Source: Candidatus Latescibacterota bacterium
GTDB taxonomy: Bacteria > Latescibacterota > UBA2968
Length of the DNA: 64,000 nt
Direction: 5' to 3'
Assembly (NCBI GenBank): GCA_965204375.1
Contig: OZ241986.1
Coordinates: 1,120,001 to 1,184,000, forward strand
Below the pieces are notes generated by a model that was not told the origin of the DNA, did no database searches, and saw only the letters and a list, made by a program, of their open reading frames with translations. This document shows, in pieces, positions 10,008 through 19,993 of this stretch; within the stretch, counting starts at the first letter, position 1; the number at the start of each line of letters is the position of its first letter. The translations under genes were made by a program, and so were the position numbers.

Positions 10008-10196
10008 TTACCTGGTGAGACGATCGACTTTCATAGCTGTTGTGACGGATCTGGGTGGCAATAAAACAATTTTGTGACCATTTTTTTTTTGTTGCTCGCG
10101 GGCGGCACGGCAGATCGTTTTGATGTCATGCTGAAACCTCGCTGCATACACCTGGCGATTGCGACGAATTTCTTCAACGATGGGATCACGCCACAT
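10008..10196 (-). CDS. Small 'DPIVEEI' protein, putative antitoxin-like
   Basis: MWRDPIVEEIRRNRQVYAARFQHDI; GGAG RBS. Confidence 0.65.
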   Translation of the reverse strand: MWRDPIVEEIRRNRQVYAARFQHDIKTICRAAREQQKKNGHKIVLLPPRSVTTAMKVDRLTR

Positions 10197-10212
10197 GATG
10201 TTATATCTCCAG

Positions 10213-10713
10213 TTATCCTACGTAAGCATCAGGTTCTGTGTCCGGTTCATAGGCTTTCAGGGCTTTGTCCTTAGTCCAGATATGCACTCGCCACCCCGGC
10301 CCTCGATATGTGGTGTCCTTGAGCCTGCGGGCTTCGTCGATTAAGGTGCTGTCGCTTAAACCAATGCTTTGGATGACGTGATTATCGACAAAGCTCACGA
10401 TCAGTTTTTTGAAGATATTGAGTTGTCGAGAGGGGATGACCGTCCACGGCCTTCCCTGGTCAAGGCTTGATAGAACATCATCTCGTACCCGTTCAGCCAA
10501 TGACCGCCGTTTGTTGCCATCAGAGACATGAGAAATGTGATTAGTCAATTCGTATATGGCTGGTACAGTGACGTACAGCCGTGCGTCACTCTTGACAGCG
10601 GTAGTGAGGCGGCCTTTTATTTTTTTTCCTGCTTCTTTGTTAGAGTGACCAGGAACTTCAAATATCTCCAGCAAATAACTCGTGTCAATCACATACACTC
10701 GCAACGAGTTCAT
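10213..10713 (-). CDS. PIN-domain nuclease
   Basis: VIDTSYL, AIYEL, GLSDSTLI, IWTKDKAL acidic tetrad; 4-bp overlap with the upstream ATPase. Confidence 0.75.
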   Translation of the reverse strand: MNSLRVYVIDTSYLLEIFEVPGHSNKEAGKKIKGRLTTAVKSDARLYVTVPAIYELTNHISHVSDGNKRRSLAERVRDDVLSSLDQGRPWTVIPSRQLNIFKKLIVSFVDNHVIQSIGLSDSTLIDEARRLKDTTYRGPGWRVHIWTKDKALKAYEPDTEPDAYVG

Positions 10714-11990
10714 GGTAGAGCCTCAACCCACTCCAGCATCTTTTTGCGATGCTGTTCCTCAAACTCAGGCGCGAGATATTGCTCTATGACACGGCGCGAT
10801 ACGAGATCTCCCAATGGTCCGCGCTCAAGCAATTCATCGGATCTCGGCAGGCTGTTTAACTCGACAAGATCGGCGGCTTGTTTTTCCCCGCTCCAGGTAC
10901 AAAGAACGACCCCTTCCATCTGTTCAGGGGTCAAATTGTTCATGGTAGCGGGATTATGCGTCGTAACAAGTACACGCAGATTCCGTCGTTCGGTCGCTTC
11001 CTCTATTGCAGAGGTCAGGACGCCTACGCGACTCGGATGAAGTCCATTATCAAACTCTTCTACAATAACATGCGAACCCTCCTGGACAGTCTCCAGGGCT
11101 GTCAGGATGGCAAGTGTTCGCAATGTACCATCTGATAATGAACGGGCATCGACTGTGTAACCCGTTCTTTCGCGCAGGCTGAAAATCACATCGCCGAGAT
11201 TCGTTGTCGTGAAGTCGAACTCTTCATAAGGCTCGTTGGGGAGTTGGCTTATTTTAGAGAGCAACCGATCTAAAGATGCTTTTTGGGTCTCATCACCAGT
11301 GGAAAGCGAGTAAAGCACTGCCGATAGATTTGCGCCATCTTTAGAGAGAACACTATTGCCAATTCTCTCGTAGCCGTGCATTAATTTTGGATTTGGATCG
11401 AAGACAAATGAAGCTTGCAAGTGGTCCATAATTATATGCACCAACTGCATGCACTGTCTGAGGTTGCGATTTTTTTGCGCGATGTCTCGATACTGAGAAA
11501 GGACCGAACGCTCTGACGAAGCCGCTGTTCGAGGTTTTCTCCCACTGTGTACAAAGTTGTCATATTCCACCTCTACGCCACGCGATGCTGATCCTGGATT
11601 ACTGCACAGTGCTTCGTAGATTACGCGGTCATCTAATTCCAAATGCTCTTTCAGTATCTGAGGGTACGATTTGGTGCCAATATTTAGCCTATAGGCGACT
11701 GGTTTAGACGTACCATCTAACTTTACGCTAGCCGAGAAACCTATGAAGAAATTGTCCCTACTCGTACGACCGCAAGTCTGAAGTCCACCGCGAATCTGGA
11801 GACCTGTTTCCGTGCGACCGACATCGGCAATCTCATAGAGGGGTTGACCCCGTGCGATAAAGGAAAGCAATTCGATAGCTTCGATGACGTTGGTCTTGCC
11901 CGAGCCATTTGGCCCGATCAGCAGTGTGAACGGTCGCATCAGGTCAATACTGACGTCTTTGAATCCTTTGAAGTCTTTGAAGTGATGCAT
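10710..11990 (-). CDS. AAA_21/ABC-type (AbiEii/OLD-like) ATPase
   Basis: Walker A GPNGSGKT, signature LSDGTLR, Walker B/D-loop IVEEFDNGLHP, H-loop TTHNP. Confidence 0.88.
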   Translation of the reverse strand: MHHFKDFKGFKDVSIDLMRPFTLLIGPNGSGKTNVIEAIELLSFIARGQPLYEIADVGRTETGLQIRGGLQTCGRTSRDNFFIGFSASVKLDGTSKPVAYRLNIGTKSYPQILKEHLELDDRVIYEALCSNPGSASRGVEVEYDNFVHSGRKPRTAASSERSVLSQYRDIAQKNRNLRQCMQLVHIIMDHLQASFVFDPNPKLMHGYERIGNSVLSKDGANLSAVLYSLSTGDETQKASLDRLLSKISQLPNEPYEEFDFTTTNLGDVIFSLRERTGYTVDARSLSDGTLRTLAILTALETVQEGSHVIVEEFDNGLHPSRVGVLTSAIEEATERRNLRVLVTTHNPATMNNLTPEQMEGVVLCTWSGEKQAADLVELNSLPRSDELLERGPLGDLVSRRVIEQYLAPEFEEQHRKKMLEWVEALP

Positions 11991-12017
11991 CGTGTAGCCT
12001 TTTGGTATGCATAACGC

Positions 12018-13943
12018 TCAATATTCAACGGGTTCTCGTGCGACAACGCGCTGGGCAGTTGCGGCAATTGCTTCGGGTGAGATGCCTGCTTCGTCGCGCA
12101 GTGCGCCCTGTGAGCCGTGTTGGAAAAAGCGATCGGGTATGCCCAGGGTGTGTACGCGCTGGCCCTCTCGCATCTGGTCGCTCAAATAACGCGCAACGCC
12201 CGATCCAAATCCTCCTTCAATGGTATTTTCTTCAACGGTAATCAGCACCTGATAGTGGTCGGCGAGATCGTCGAGCATTTCCAGATCCATGGGTTTGACG
12301 AATCGGCAATTGATCACTGCGGCAGAAATGCCAGCTTCCAGGAGTTTTTCGCGCGCCTGACAGGCGTGATCTACCATTGTGCCCACTGCGAGGAATACCA
12401 GATCCTCACCATCGGCCAATGCTTCCCAGGAACCGATTTTCAAGACTTCGGGATCGCGCCCTGTAAGCGGGGTATGGACGTTGCCGCGGGGATACCGAAT
12501 GGCAAAGGGATTATCGACTTGTTGCACTGCCGTGTATAACAAATCGCGCAGTTCATCGCCGTCTTTTGGCGCGGTTACGATCATATTGGGCACGCAGGTT
12601 AAATAGGACAGATCAAAATCGCCGTGATGCGTGGGCCCATCTGCGCCTACCAGCCCGGCGCGATCCATACAGAAAATCACCGGTGCCGATTGCAGGGCGA
12701 CATCGTGGATGATCTGGTCGTAAGCCCGTTGCAAAAATGTGGAATAAATCGCTGCGACGGGGCGCATGCCCTCGAGTGCCATTCCGGTTGAAAACGTCAC
12801 GGCGTGCTGTTCGGCAATGCCCACATCAAAAAAGCGGTCGGGATGCGCTTCGGAAAAAATATCCAGACTCGTGCCCTCAGACATTGCGGCTGTCACGCCT
12901 ACAATGCGGCTGTCATTATTGGCAAGCTCGATCATTGCCTCTCCAAAAACGGTCTGGTATTTGGGTAGCGGCGTCTTGGGCGACGGCGGACTGATTGAAT
13001 GATATTTTATCGAAGCGGCACCATACGGGTCTTCCTCGTCTTCTTGAATCGCGCCCTTGCCCTTGATGGTGTGTACGTGTAAGAGCACAGGACCCTTCAG
13101 ATCCCGCACATTCTTCAGGGTTTTTACCATCTCTTCCAGATTATTGCCATCTAAAGGTCCCAGGTACAGAAATCCCAGTTCTTCAAAAAGAATGCCCGGT
13201 ACCAGTAGTCCCTTTAATCCTTCTTCGAATCCACTCAGCGCGCGGCGCAGATTTTCGCCTACGACGGGAATGCGCCCGGCCAAATTCCAGACTTCTCTTT
13301 TGATTTTTTTGTAAAGCGGATCATTTGTGATCCGATCTCTCACGCGATTGTAAATCGGATCGGTGATAATGCGCGTCAAATAATGCGAAATAGCACCGAC
13401 ATTGGGCGAGATTGACATGCGATTGTCATTGAGAATGACGAGCAGGTCGCGATTGGATGCACCGGCATTATTCAATCCCTCAAGCGCGATTCCACTCGTT
13501 ATGGCACCGTCGCCAATAACGGCGACTACTTTGTGTTTTTCGCCCATCAAATCGCGCTGTGTCGCAAATCCCAGTGCTGCGGAGATCGATGTGCCCGCAT
13601 GTCCTACGGCAAATGTGTCGTACGGACTCTCTGTTCGCATCGGAAACCCACTGATGCCGCCCGGCTGACGAATAGTTTTGAGTGCTTCGCGCCGCCCGGT
13701 AAGCACTTTGTGCCCGTAAGCCTGATGTCCTACATCCCACACAATTTTGTCCTGAGGCGTATTGTATAGATGATGCAGTGCCACTGTCAATTCCGCCGCC
13801 CCCAGGCTGGATCCAAAATGTCCACCAATCTCTGTCACCACGTCAATGATATATTGCCGCAGTTCTGTACAGACCTGGTGCAATTCTTCCGTTGACAGGG
13901 ATTTTAAGTCGTCAGGTGAATCGATTGTTTCGAGAAGAGACAT
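12018..13943 (-). CDS. dxs: 1-deoxy-D-xylulose-5-phosphate synthase
   Basis: GGHFGSSLG, WDVGHQAYGHK, GDGAITSG, LNDNRMSIS, DVGIAEQHAV, DRAGLVGADGPTH. Confidence 0.97.
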   Translation of the reverse strand: MSLLETIDSPDDLKSLSTEELHQVCTELRQYIIDVVTEIGGHFGSSLGAAELTVALHHLYNTPQDKIVWDVGHQAYGHKVLTGRREALKTIRQPGGISGFPMRTESPYDTFAVGHAGTSISAALGFATQRDLMGEKHKVVAVIGDGAITSGIALEGLNNAGASNRDLLVILNDNRMSISPNVGAISHYLTRIITDPIYNRVRDRITNDPLYKKIKREVWNLAGRIPVVGENLRRALSGFEEGLKGLLVPGILFEELGFLYLGPLDGNNLEEMVKTLKNVRDLKGPVLLHVHTIKGKGAIQEDEEDPYGAASIKYHSISPPSPKTPLPKYQTVFGEAMIELANNDSRIVGVTAAMSEGTSLDIFSEAHPDRFFDVGIAEQHAVTFSTGMALEGMRPVAAIYSTFLQRAYDQIIHDVALQSAPVIFCMDRAGLVGADGPTHHGDFDLSYLTCVPNMIVTAPKDGDELRDLLYTAVQQVDNPFAIRYPRGNVHTPLTGRDPEVLKIGSWEALADGEDLVFLAVGTMVDHACQAREKLLEAGISAAVINCRFVKPMDLEMLDDLADHYQVLITVEENTIEGGFGSGVARYLSDQMREGQRVHTLGIPDRFFQHGSQGALRDEAGISPEAIAATAQRVVAREPVEY

Positions 13944-14049
13944 GATGTCTTTCCTTGTGACAGGGTCAGAAATGCTATCCACAACATATATTTAATATAA
14001 GCAACACCTGAAAAATCACAAAGTTCTAAAAAAACAAGCCGTAGATACA

Positions 14050-14086
14050 AAATCGGGCATGCCGAGTCATTCGATATGCCCGATTT
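14050..14086. terminator. Stem-loop downstream of the SDR gene
   Basis: aaatcgggcat...atgcccgattt 11-bp inverted repeat. Confidence 0.5.
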
Positions 14087-14111
14087 ATCATTGTGCAACA
14101 GATTATTGCGC

Positions 14112-14891
14112 TCAAAAAGCCGTGGGTCTTCCCTGTGCGCCATCTACGGGAATGGATGCGCCATTGATCCAGTTCGCGCGGTCTGATGAGAGAAATACGA
14201 CGACATCGGCGACTTCAAAGTCCGTGCCGAGTCGCTGTGCGGGAAATTCGCGCGTGCGGAATATTTCGTATTCTTCCGGCGTTTCGTTTTGAAAGCGTTC
14301 CCAACCGCCGCCGGGGAAAAGGAGCGAGCCTGGGCAGACGGTGTTGACGCGGATGTTGTGCGTTGCCAATTCCCACGCGAGCGCGCCCGCGAGAAATATT
14401 TCACCCGCTTTGGTCGCGCCGTATTGCGCGCCCCGGTTTGCGGGTTTCCAGCCGGAGATGGAAGAGATGGTGACAATACTGCCGCCATTTCTTTTTGTCA
14501 TGTGGGGAACTGCCACGCGGCTGGCGCGAACCGCGTGAAAAAGGTTGAGGTCAAAGGTTTGTTGCCAGTCGGCGTCTGTGGAGGAGAGGAGTTCGCGCGA
14601 TCCGGCTGTGCCGCCCACGTTGTTGACGAGGATATCAACGCCGCCGAGTGTATCTGCGGCTGCATTGACAAATCGCTCGGTTTCTCCGGGTTCGGCTACA
14701 TCGAGCGCGAGTCCAAATGCCTCGACGCCGTGTGCGCGAATTTCTTCGAGTGTTTTGTCTATGCCCGCTTGCCCGCGCGCGCACAAGGCGATGTTGCAAC
14801 CTTCTGCGGCAAATCGCAATGCGGTTGCGCGACCAATGCCGCGGCTGCCCCCGGTGATGAGGGCGACTTTATTGGTGAGATTGAGGTCCAT
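14112..14891 (-). CDS. SDR family oxidoreductase
   Basis: TGGSRGIG, NNVG, YGATK, VNTVCPG. Confidence 0.92.
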   Translation of the reverse strand: MDLNLTNKVALITGGSRGIGRATALRFAAEGCNIALCARGQAGIDKTLEEIRAHGVEAFGLALDVAEPGETERFVNAAADTLGGVDILVNNVGGTAGSRELLSSTDADWQQTFDLNLFHAVRASRVAVPHMTKRNGGSIVTISSISGWKPANRGAQYGATKAGEIFLAGALAWELATHNIRVNTVCPGSLLFPGGGWERFQNETPEEYEIFRTREFPAQRLGTDFEVADVVVFLSSDRANWINGASIPVDGAQGRPTAF

Positions 14892-15009
14892 CCTTTAATC
14901 CTTTAATCCCGATCAGGATTTTCAGGATTTAAGGATTTCCAGGATGCCCTGCCCCAGAGTTTTGGGAGGTGGGGTTATCCTGATCATCCTTTCATCCTTT
15001 AATCTTGAT
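14890..15009. repeat. AGGAT/ATCCT 8-9-bp periodic inverted-repeat element
   Basis: caggattttcaggatttaaggatttccaggatg facing atcctgatcatcctttcatcctttaatcttg; overlaps the stop of the DUF6807 gene and the start of the SDR gene. Confidence 0.8.
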
Positions 15010-16168
15010 CAATTTTTGGTGGGTGGGCGAAGTCGTGATACCGCTCCCGGATATTGCCATCGGTGGCGTCGCCTTTGTGAAAATAATAGCGATAAATGCC
15101 GACGAGCGACTCGCCCTGCGAGAGTGTGTGATGCCCGCGCCGGCTTTCATCGCCGTAAAAATACGAGTGTCCAAAAGGATTGGCTGTCATCAGCCCGTAA
15201 TTGCGTACGTGCCAGTGCGTGGGATGCCGAAAGCTGTTGGGGTGATCCATGATGGCAACGCCTGTTATATTGCCGTTTACTGGACCTGAATAATGGCACC
15301 ACGGCGCGCGTTTTCCCCAGGTCTCGTCTTCATCAATGCCGCCAATGCCATTCTCAATTTTGCCGCCCAGGTCGCGTTTTACTTCCATTGTTTCTTCTAC
15401 GCGAATAGACGCCAGACCGCCTTCTTTGGTGTCACCGAATAACACATCCATATTTCGGGCGGTGAGCGTGAGATGCAAGTCCATGATTCGCACGGAAGAG
15501 GGCGTGTTGTACACAACCCACTCAGCGCGCTGATCCAAGATCTCGCGATTTCTACCCGGAGGACCCGTCCAACCATCCATGCCCACCCAATCGCTATTCG
15601 ATACAATCCGCCCTAATACGGGTCCGCTTTCGAGCGATTCAAAGTCCCGATGCAAAATCCGTCCGTGAGATTCGCCTTCTGACCAGTTGTCCGCGCCGTT
15701 CACTTCTCCGTGTGCAATCCAGATGGAGCGATGGTGATGGTGATCCATTTCCCGGCCGTCTGCTGGCGTAGCCAACCGCCGCGTTACCGGATCGCCATAA
15801 GGTCCGTTGACGGGATACAAAAGTGGTCGCGCGAGTTCTTTGCCGTAACGATAGGTCGTAAAATGCTGACCATCAATCGAGACAGATACTTCATTTTCAC
15901 CTTGTGTGATTTCCACACCGCGCCCGCGGTCTTCGGAATCTTTTCCTATTGCGAGTTCGTACTCAGCGGTTTGTCCCGCTTCGAGATTATCGACTATGAA
16001 ATTGACCTGCAAACCGTCGCTTACGGGCGTTACTTGACAGGGAACTTCGCCATCTCCCGCGCTCAAGGTCGCCGTTGTCGCGCTTTCCGGTGTTTCGACC
16101 ACCGTTGAAACCGGACAGTTGATCCGATTGTGAGGGCCTGCGTGAACGGTTAGTTTTACTGTTGCCAT
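14999..16168 (-). CDS. DUF6807 (PmoA-like Pfam) family protein
   Basis: RPLLYPVNGP, DHHHHRSIWIAHG, FGDTKEGG, WGKRAPWC, DHPNSFRHPTHWHVRNYGL; ATG 16168 after GGAG. Confidence 0.75.
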   Translation of the reverse strand: MATVKLTVHAGPHNRINCPVSTVVETPESATTATLSAGDGEVPCQVTPVSDGLQVNFIVDNLEAGQTAEYELAIGKDSEDRGRGVEITQGENEVSVSIDGQHFTTYRYGKELARPLLYPVNGPYGDPVTRRLATPADGREMDHHHHRSIWIAHGEVNGADNWSEGESHGRILHRDFESLESGPVLGRIVSNSDWVGMDGWTGPPGRNREILDQRAEWVVYNTPSSVRIMDLHLTLTARNMDVLFGDTKEGGLASIRVEETMEVKRDLGGKIENGIGGIDEDETWGKRAPWCHYSGPVNGNITGVAIMDHPNSFRHPTHWHVRNYGLMTANPFGHSYFYGDESRRGHHTLSQGESLVGIYRYYFHKGDATDGNIRERYHDFAHPPKIDQD

Positions 16169-16328
16169 TGTTATTCTCCGAAATAGTGATATAGGAATAC
16201 ATGTCGCGTATGAGGTTACGAAATCTATTGTCAAAGTCAAGCCTTTCGCACAAAGCCGTTGACATCCCCCATGGGGGCAATTATCATAGGGCTGAAAACC
16301 GTTATTTTTAACCCATCTGGAGATTAAT

Positions 16329-17255
16329 ATGTCCATTCTCGTCACTGGCGGCTCTGGCTTTGTCGGTTCCTGGGTCGCCAAACTCCTCGCCGAAGAGGGC
16401 GAAGACGTCATCGCTTTTGATATGTTTGAGCGGCACGACGATTTTTTGTCCCCTGTGTCTGATCGCATCACGTTTGTGGAAGGCAATATTCTGGGCTTTG
16501 CACATATCAATGAGATTGTGCGCAATAATCCGGATCTCACGGGTATTGTCCATACTGCCGCGCTTTTGGGGGGAGATGTGCGCGATAACCCTCATTTTGC
16601 GACACAGGTCAATGTGGGGGGGACGCACAATATCCTCGAAGTTGCGCGACAGGTTGGTGGTCTGAAGGTCGTCTATGTATCCAGCGGCGCGGTTTATGGC
16701 AAGCAAGACGGACCGCTGACGGAAGACACGCCCATGATTCCCAGTGATCCCTATGGCGCGACCAAGGCTATGTCGGAACATCTTTGCCATCAGTATTACG
16801 CGACTTATGGCGTCGATGTTCTGTGCGCTCGCCTGTTTTTTCTATATGGTCCTCCCAATGCCCCCGGTCCGGATGCGGGTTTTAATACGCGCATTTTTGC
16901 CGGGTTGAGTGGGCAGGATGTAAGCCTGCCCAAAGGTCGCGATCAAAAGGCGGATTGGACTTATATCGAAGACGCCGCACGGGGTGTTTTGCTCATGCTC
17001 AGGGCGACAAATGCCGCCAGTCGATCTTTTAATATTGCGACGGGCACTTACAATCCCATTGACGAAATTATCGAAGTCGTGCGGCGGCATTCGCCGGGCA
17101 ATCCCCGGTATGAAGTTGGACCGGGTGTCAACCTCGAGCGCGGTGCGCCACTCGATATTACCCTTGCCCGAGACGAACTCGGTTACGAACCCAAATACGA
17201 TCTCGAATCCGGCGTGCGGACTTATCGCGCCTGGTTTGATCAACGGCGTGTGTAA
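16329..17255 (+). CDS. NAD-dependent epimerase/dehydratase
   Basis: TGGSGFVG, SSGAVYG, YGATK. Confidence 0.9.
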   Translation: MSILVTGGSGFVGSWVAKLLAEEGEDVIAFDMFERHDDFLSPVSDRITFVEGNILGFAHINEIVRNNPDLTGIVHTAALLGGDVRDNPHFATQVNVGGTHNILEVARQVGGLKVVYVSSGAVYGKQDGPLTEDTPMIPSDPYGATKAMSEHLCHQYYATYGVDVLCARLFFLYGPPNAPGPDAGFNTRIFAGLSGQDVSLPKGRDQKADWTYIEDAARGVLLMLRATNAASRSFNIATGTYNPIDEIIEVVRRHSPGNPRYEVGPGVNLERGAPLDITLARDELGYEPKYDLESGVRTYRAWFDQRRV

Positions 17256-17271
17256 ATAACAGGAGAAGACA

Positions 17272-18210
17272 ATGTCAAACAAAACACTTCGCTACTTAGA
17301 CGATGGCAGTATTGAACTGTTTGAAAGGGAAGTGACCGACCCGGGCACGGATGAAGTTCAAATTGAAGGCGGTGCGTGTGGGATATGTTCCTGGGATGTG
17401 GTTACGGCTAAACTCGGTAATCAGATGCACCCGATGGCACCACCGGGGCACGAAGGCGTTGGTTATGTCGCCAAAATAGGTGCTGGTGTCACGGGTTTCA
17501 AAGAGGGGGACCGGGTCGCCGGTGGCGGTTTTGCCAATGTCCGCAACTTATCCTCACAGCGCGTTTTCAAAATTCCAGAATCCGATTTGCCGGACGAATA
17601 CTGGATTGTCGAACCCGTGTCATGTGCTGTTACGGGTATTGACCATTGCCAGATTCAGTCCGGGAATCGCATTGTGGTCGTCGGCTGTGGATTTATGGGC
17701 TTGTTGATCCTGCAAGGGCTTCTGCGCTATCCCCTCGACGATTTGGTCGTTCTGGATATTGTTCAAAGCCGTCTGGACCTCGCGCAACAACTCGGCGTTG
17801 GCGAGGTGTATAACACGGCTGAGGCTGATCTACAAGAACTATCGCGCGAACTCAAGAGTAGAGAGATTGACGTGGTTGTCGATACCTCTGGCAGCCAGGC
17901 CGGGTTGGATCTATCCACCGATATTGTGAAACGCGGTGGGCGCATCAATCTCTTTGGCTGGCTCAAAGGTCAGACCGCCTCTTTTGATCCCACAAAGTGG
18001 CATTTGGGGGGATTTACCGTTGTCAATTCCGCGCCGGCTTCAAAATTGCGAGATACTTTTGGACCTGCGATTCGCCTCATTCACAAAGGTATTATCGATC
18101 TCAAACCACTGGTGACACATACGGCGGCGCTCGAAGATTATCCGGCTTTGATGGCGCAGATTTTGGCGGGTGATGAGAGTTATATCAAAGGGGTTGTGAC
18201 GCTGAAATGA
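17272..18210 (+). CDS. Zinc-binding (MDR) dehydrogenase
   Basis: CGICSWD, GHEG, VEPVSC, GCGFMG. Confidence 0.88.
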   Translation: MSNKTLRYLDDGSIELFEREVTDPGTDEVQIEGGACGICSWDVVTAKLGNQMHPMAPPGHEGVGYVAKIGAGVTGFKEGDRVAGGGFANVRNLSSQRVFKIPESDLPDEYWIVEPVSCAVTGIDHCQIQSGNRIVVVGCGFMGLLILQGLLRYPLDDLVVLDIVQSRLDLAQQLGVGEVYNTAEADLQELSRELKSREIDVVVDTSGSQAGLDLSTDIVKRGGRINLFGWLKGQTASFDPTKWHLGGFTVVNSAPASKLRDTFGPAIRLIHKGIIDLKPLVTHTAALEDYPALMAQILAGDESYIKGVVTLK

Positions 18211-18239
18211 CGAATAGACGAATAGACGAATAGACGAAT
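18205..18239 (+). repeat. 8-bp tandem repeat (GACGAATA) x4 starting at the stop codon
   Basis: aaatgacgaatagacgaatagacgaatagacgaat. Confidence 0.9.
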
Positions 18240-18283
18240 GGTATAATACATACTGATTTTGGGAGGATGGGCGGGGTTCGTTG

Positions 18284-18323
18284 ATTCGTTGATGAACTGC
18301 TGGCGCAGTTGTACCCCGTTCCG
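18284..18323 (-). repeat. 40-bp dispersed repeat, copy 1
   Basis: Exact reverse complement of 37369-37408; internal hairpin aactgc-tggc-gcagtt. Confidence 0.9.
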
Positions 18324-18349
18324 TAGATTCGCTGGCATGGGATGAGATT

Positions 18350-19975
18350 ATGAATGCATCAGGTGAAATGCTGTACAATGGGATTGTCTTGCCAGAGGTT
18401 TGGCCGCCTCGCGATGTGGATGAAGGCGGCACGGTACCTCTTCCCGTTCCCTATTTGGACGATCCGCCAGCGGTGATTTGCATCGATCTGGGCAGGCAGT
18501 TGTTTGTAGATGATTTTTTGATTGCATCTACCTCTCTGACAAGGGTTTTTGGCGAGTCAAAAATCCATGAGGCGAGTCCCGTTCTGAGTCCTGAGACGGA
18601 TGACGAGATGGACAATGGCTATTGTCCAATGGCTGCACCGTTTAATGACGGCGCGTGGTACGATCCCGAAGATGGGTTGTTTAAGCTGTGGTACATGCCG
18701 GGCTGGTTTCACAGTACGGCACTGGCAATAAGCCGGGATGGCATCCACTGGGAGCGTCCGGACCTCGATGTTGTGCGCGGCACAAATCTCGTATGGCCCA
18801 ATCTGGATGGATACGATAGAGACGGGTGTCTGGTGTGGCTGGATCACGATGCGGAAAGGCCCGAAGAACGTTTTAAGATGTTTCAATATTATCGGTATGA
18901 TACAGGAGGAAACGCGACTGCCTCAGAAGGCTGGTTGCACACATCGCCCGATGGGATTCACTGGTCCGACCCCGTTGTGACAACACCCGTGGGCGATAAT
19001 ACGTCATTTTTTTACAATCCATTTCGCAAAAAGTGGTGTATGAGTATTCGGCGACAGAGTGCCAATTTGCGCGCGCGATTTTATCGGGAGTGCGATGATT
19101 TTTTGCCTACATGGGATCAGGGTCGAGACGAGGTTCTCTGGCAGCGCATTGACAGTCTCGCTTTACCCGATCCCGCACTGCCCGATCACCGGGTCGCACT
19201 TTACGATGTGAATGCAACGCCTTATGAGAGTTTAATGCTGGGGCTGTTCGCAATTTTTCGCGGGCCTGAAAATGATATTTGTGCGGAAAAGGGCGTGCCC
19301 AAAACAATGGATTTGGAATTGGGGTATAGTCGCGATGGGTTTCATTTTAGCCGCCCAAACCGCACGCCTTTTCTCGCGTCGTCGCGCCGTATTGGCGATT
19401 GGAATCGGGCGTATTTGCACGCGGTGGGCGGCGTTTGTCTGGTGGTGGGGGATGAAGTGTGGATTTATTTTACGGGCTTTTCCGGTCAGTCGCCAAAGCT
19501 CGGCAAGACAGATGTGGGGGCGATCGGGCGAAGTCGGCGCGTGATGTATGCAGGCGCGAGTACGGGGTTGGCAACTATTCGGAGAGACGGTTTTGCATCT
19601 ATGGATGCAGGTGCCAGTGGTGGTGTGCTGACTACGCGCCCTGTGGTTTTTAAGGGGCGTCGGTTATTTGTGAATGTGGAGACGCCGGGCGGTGAATTGC
19701 GGGTAGAAGTATTAGAAGAAAATGGGCGACCGGTCGAAGGTTTAACTGCGGACCAGTGTGTGCCGCTTCGCGTGGATCGCACCTGTTGCGAGGTTTTGTG
19801 GACTTCTGGAAAAAATTTATCTTCGATTGCTGGGCGTCCTGTAGCGTTCAGGTTTTATTTGCGTTCGGGGCGATTATTTTCGTTTTGGGTTACGGATGAT
19901 CCCAATGGAGCGAGTTCTGGATATCTGGCAGCCGGTGGACCCGGTTGTATAAATGGCCGGGATTTGCCTGGGTGA
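18350..19975 (+). CDS. Five-bladed beta-propeller glycoside hydrolase (GH32/GH43-clan-like)
   Basis: RQLFVDD, FKLWY, repeated S.DG.HW motifs, RRDGFASMD C-terminal domain. Confidence 0.7.
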   Translation: MNASGEMLYNGIVLPEVWPPRDVDEGGTVPLPVPYLDDPPAVICIDLGRQLFVDDFLIASTSLTRVFGESKIHEASPVLSPETDDEMDNGYCPMAAPFNDGAWYDPEDGLFKLWYMPGWFHSTALAISRDGIHWERPDLDVVRGTNLVWPNLDGYDRDGCLVWLDHDAERPEERFKMFQYYRYDTGGNATASEGWLHTSPDGIHWSDPVVTTPVGDNTSFFYNPFRKKWCMSIRRQSANLRARFYRECDDFLPTWDQGRDEVLWQRIDSLALPDPALPDHRVALYDVNATPYESLMLGLFAIFRGPENDICAEKGVPKTMDLELGYSRDGFHFSRPNRTPFLASSRRIGDWNRAYLHAVGGVCLVVGDEVWIYFTGFSGQSPKLGKTDVGAIGRSRRVMYAGASTGLATIRRDGFASMDAGASGGVLTTRPVVFKGRRLFVNVETPGGELRVEVLEENGRPVEGLTADQCVPLRVDRTCCEVLWTSGKNLSSIAGRPVAFRFYLRSGRLFSFWVTDDPNGASSGYLAAGGPGCINGRDLPG

Positions 19976-19993
19976 TGAATATAGGAGAAAAAA

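Noticed and set aside
4434-11990. Integron cassette array
   Set aside because: No integrase and no paired RYYYAAC...GTTRRRY attC hairpins found between the genes
14999-16540. Methane monooxygenase PmoA, and the 513-aa long start
   Set aside because: Soluble DUF6807-type protein with no TM helices or pmoBC; the long start overlaps the divergent epimerase, so the start was set at 16168
18205-18323. Short repeats as a possible CRISPR array
   Set aside because: Units are 7-9 bp with no unique spacers, and there are no cas genes in the window
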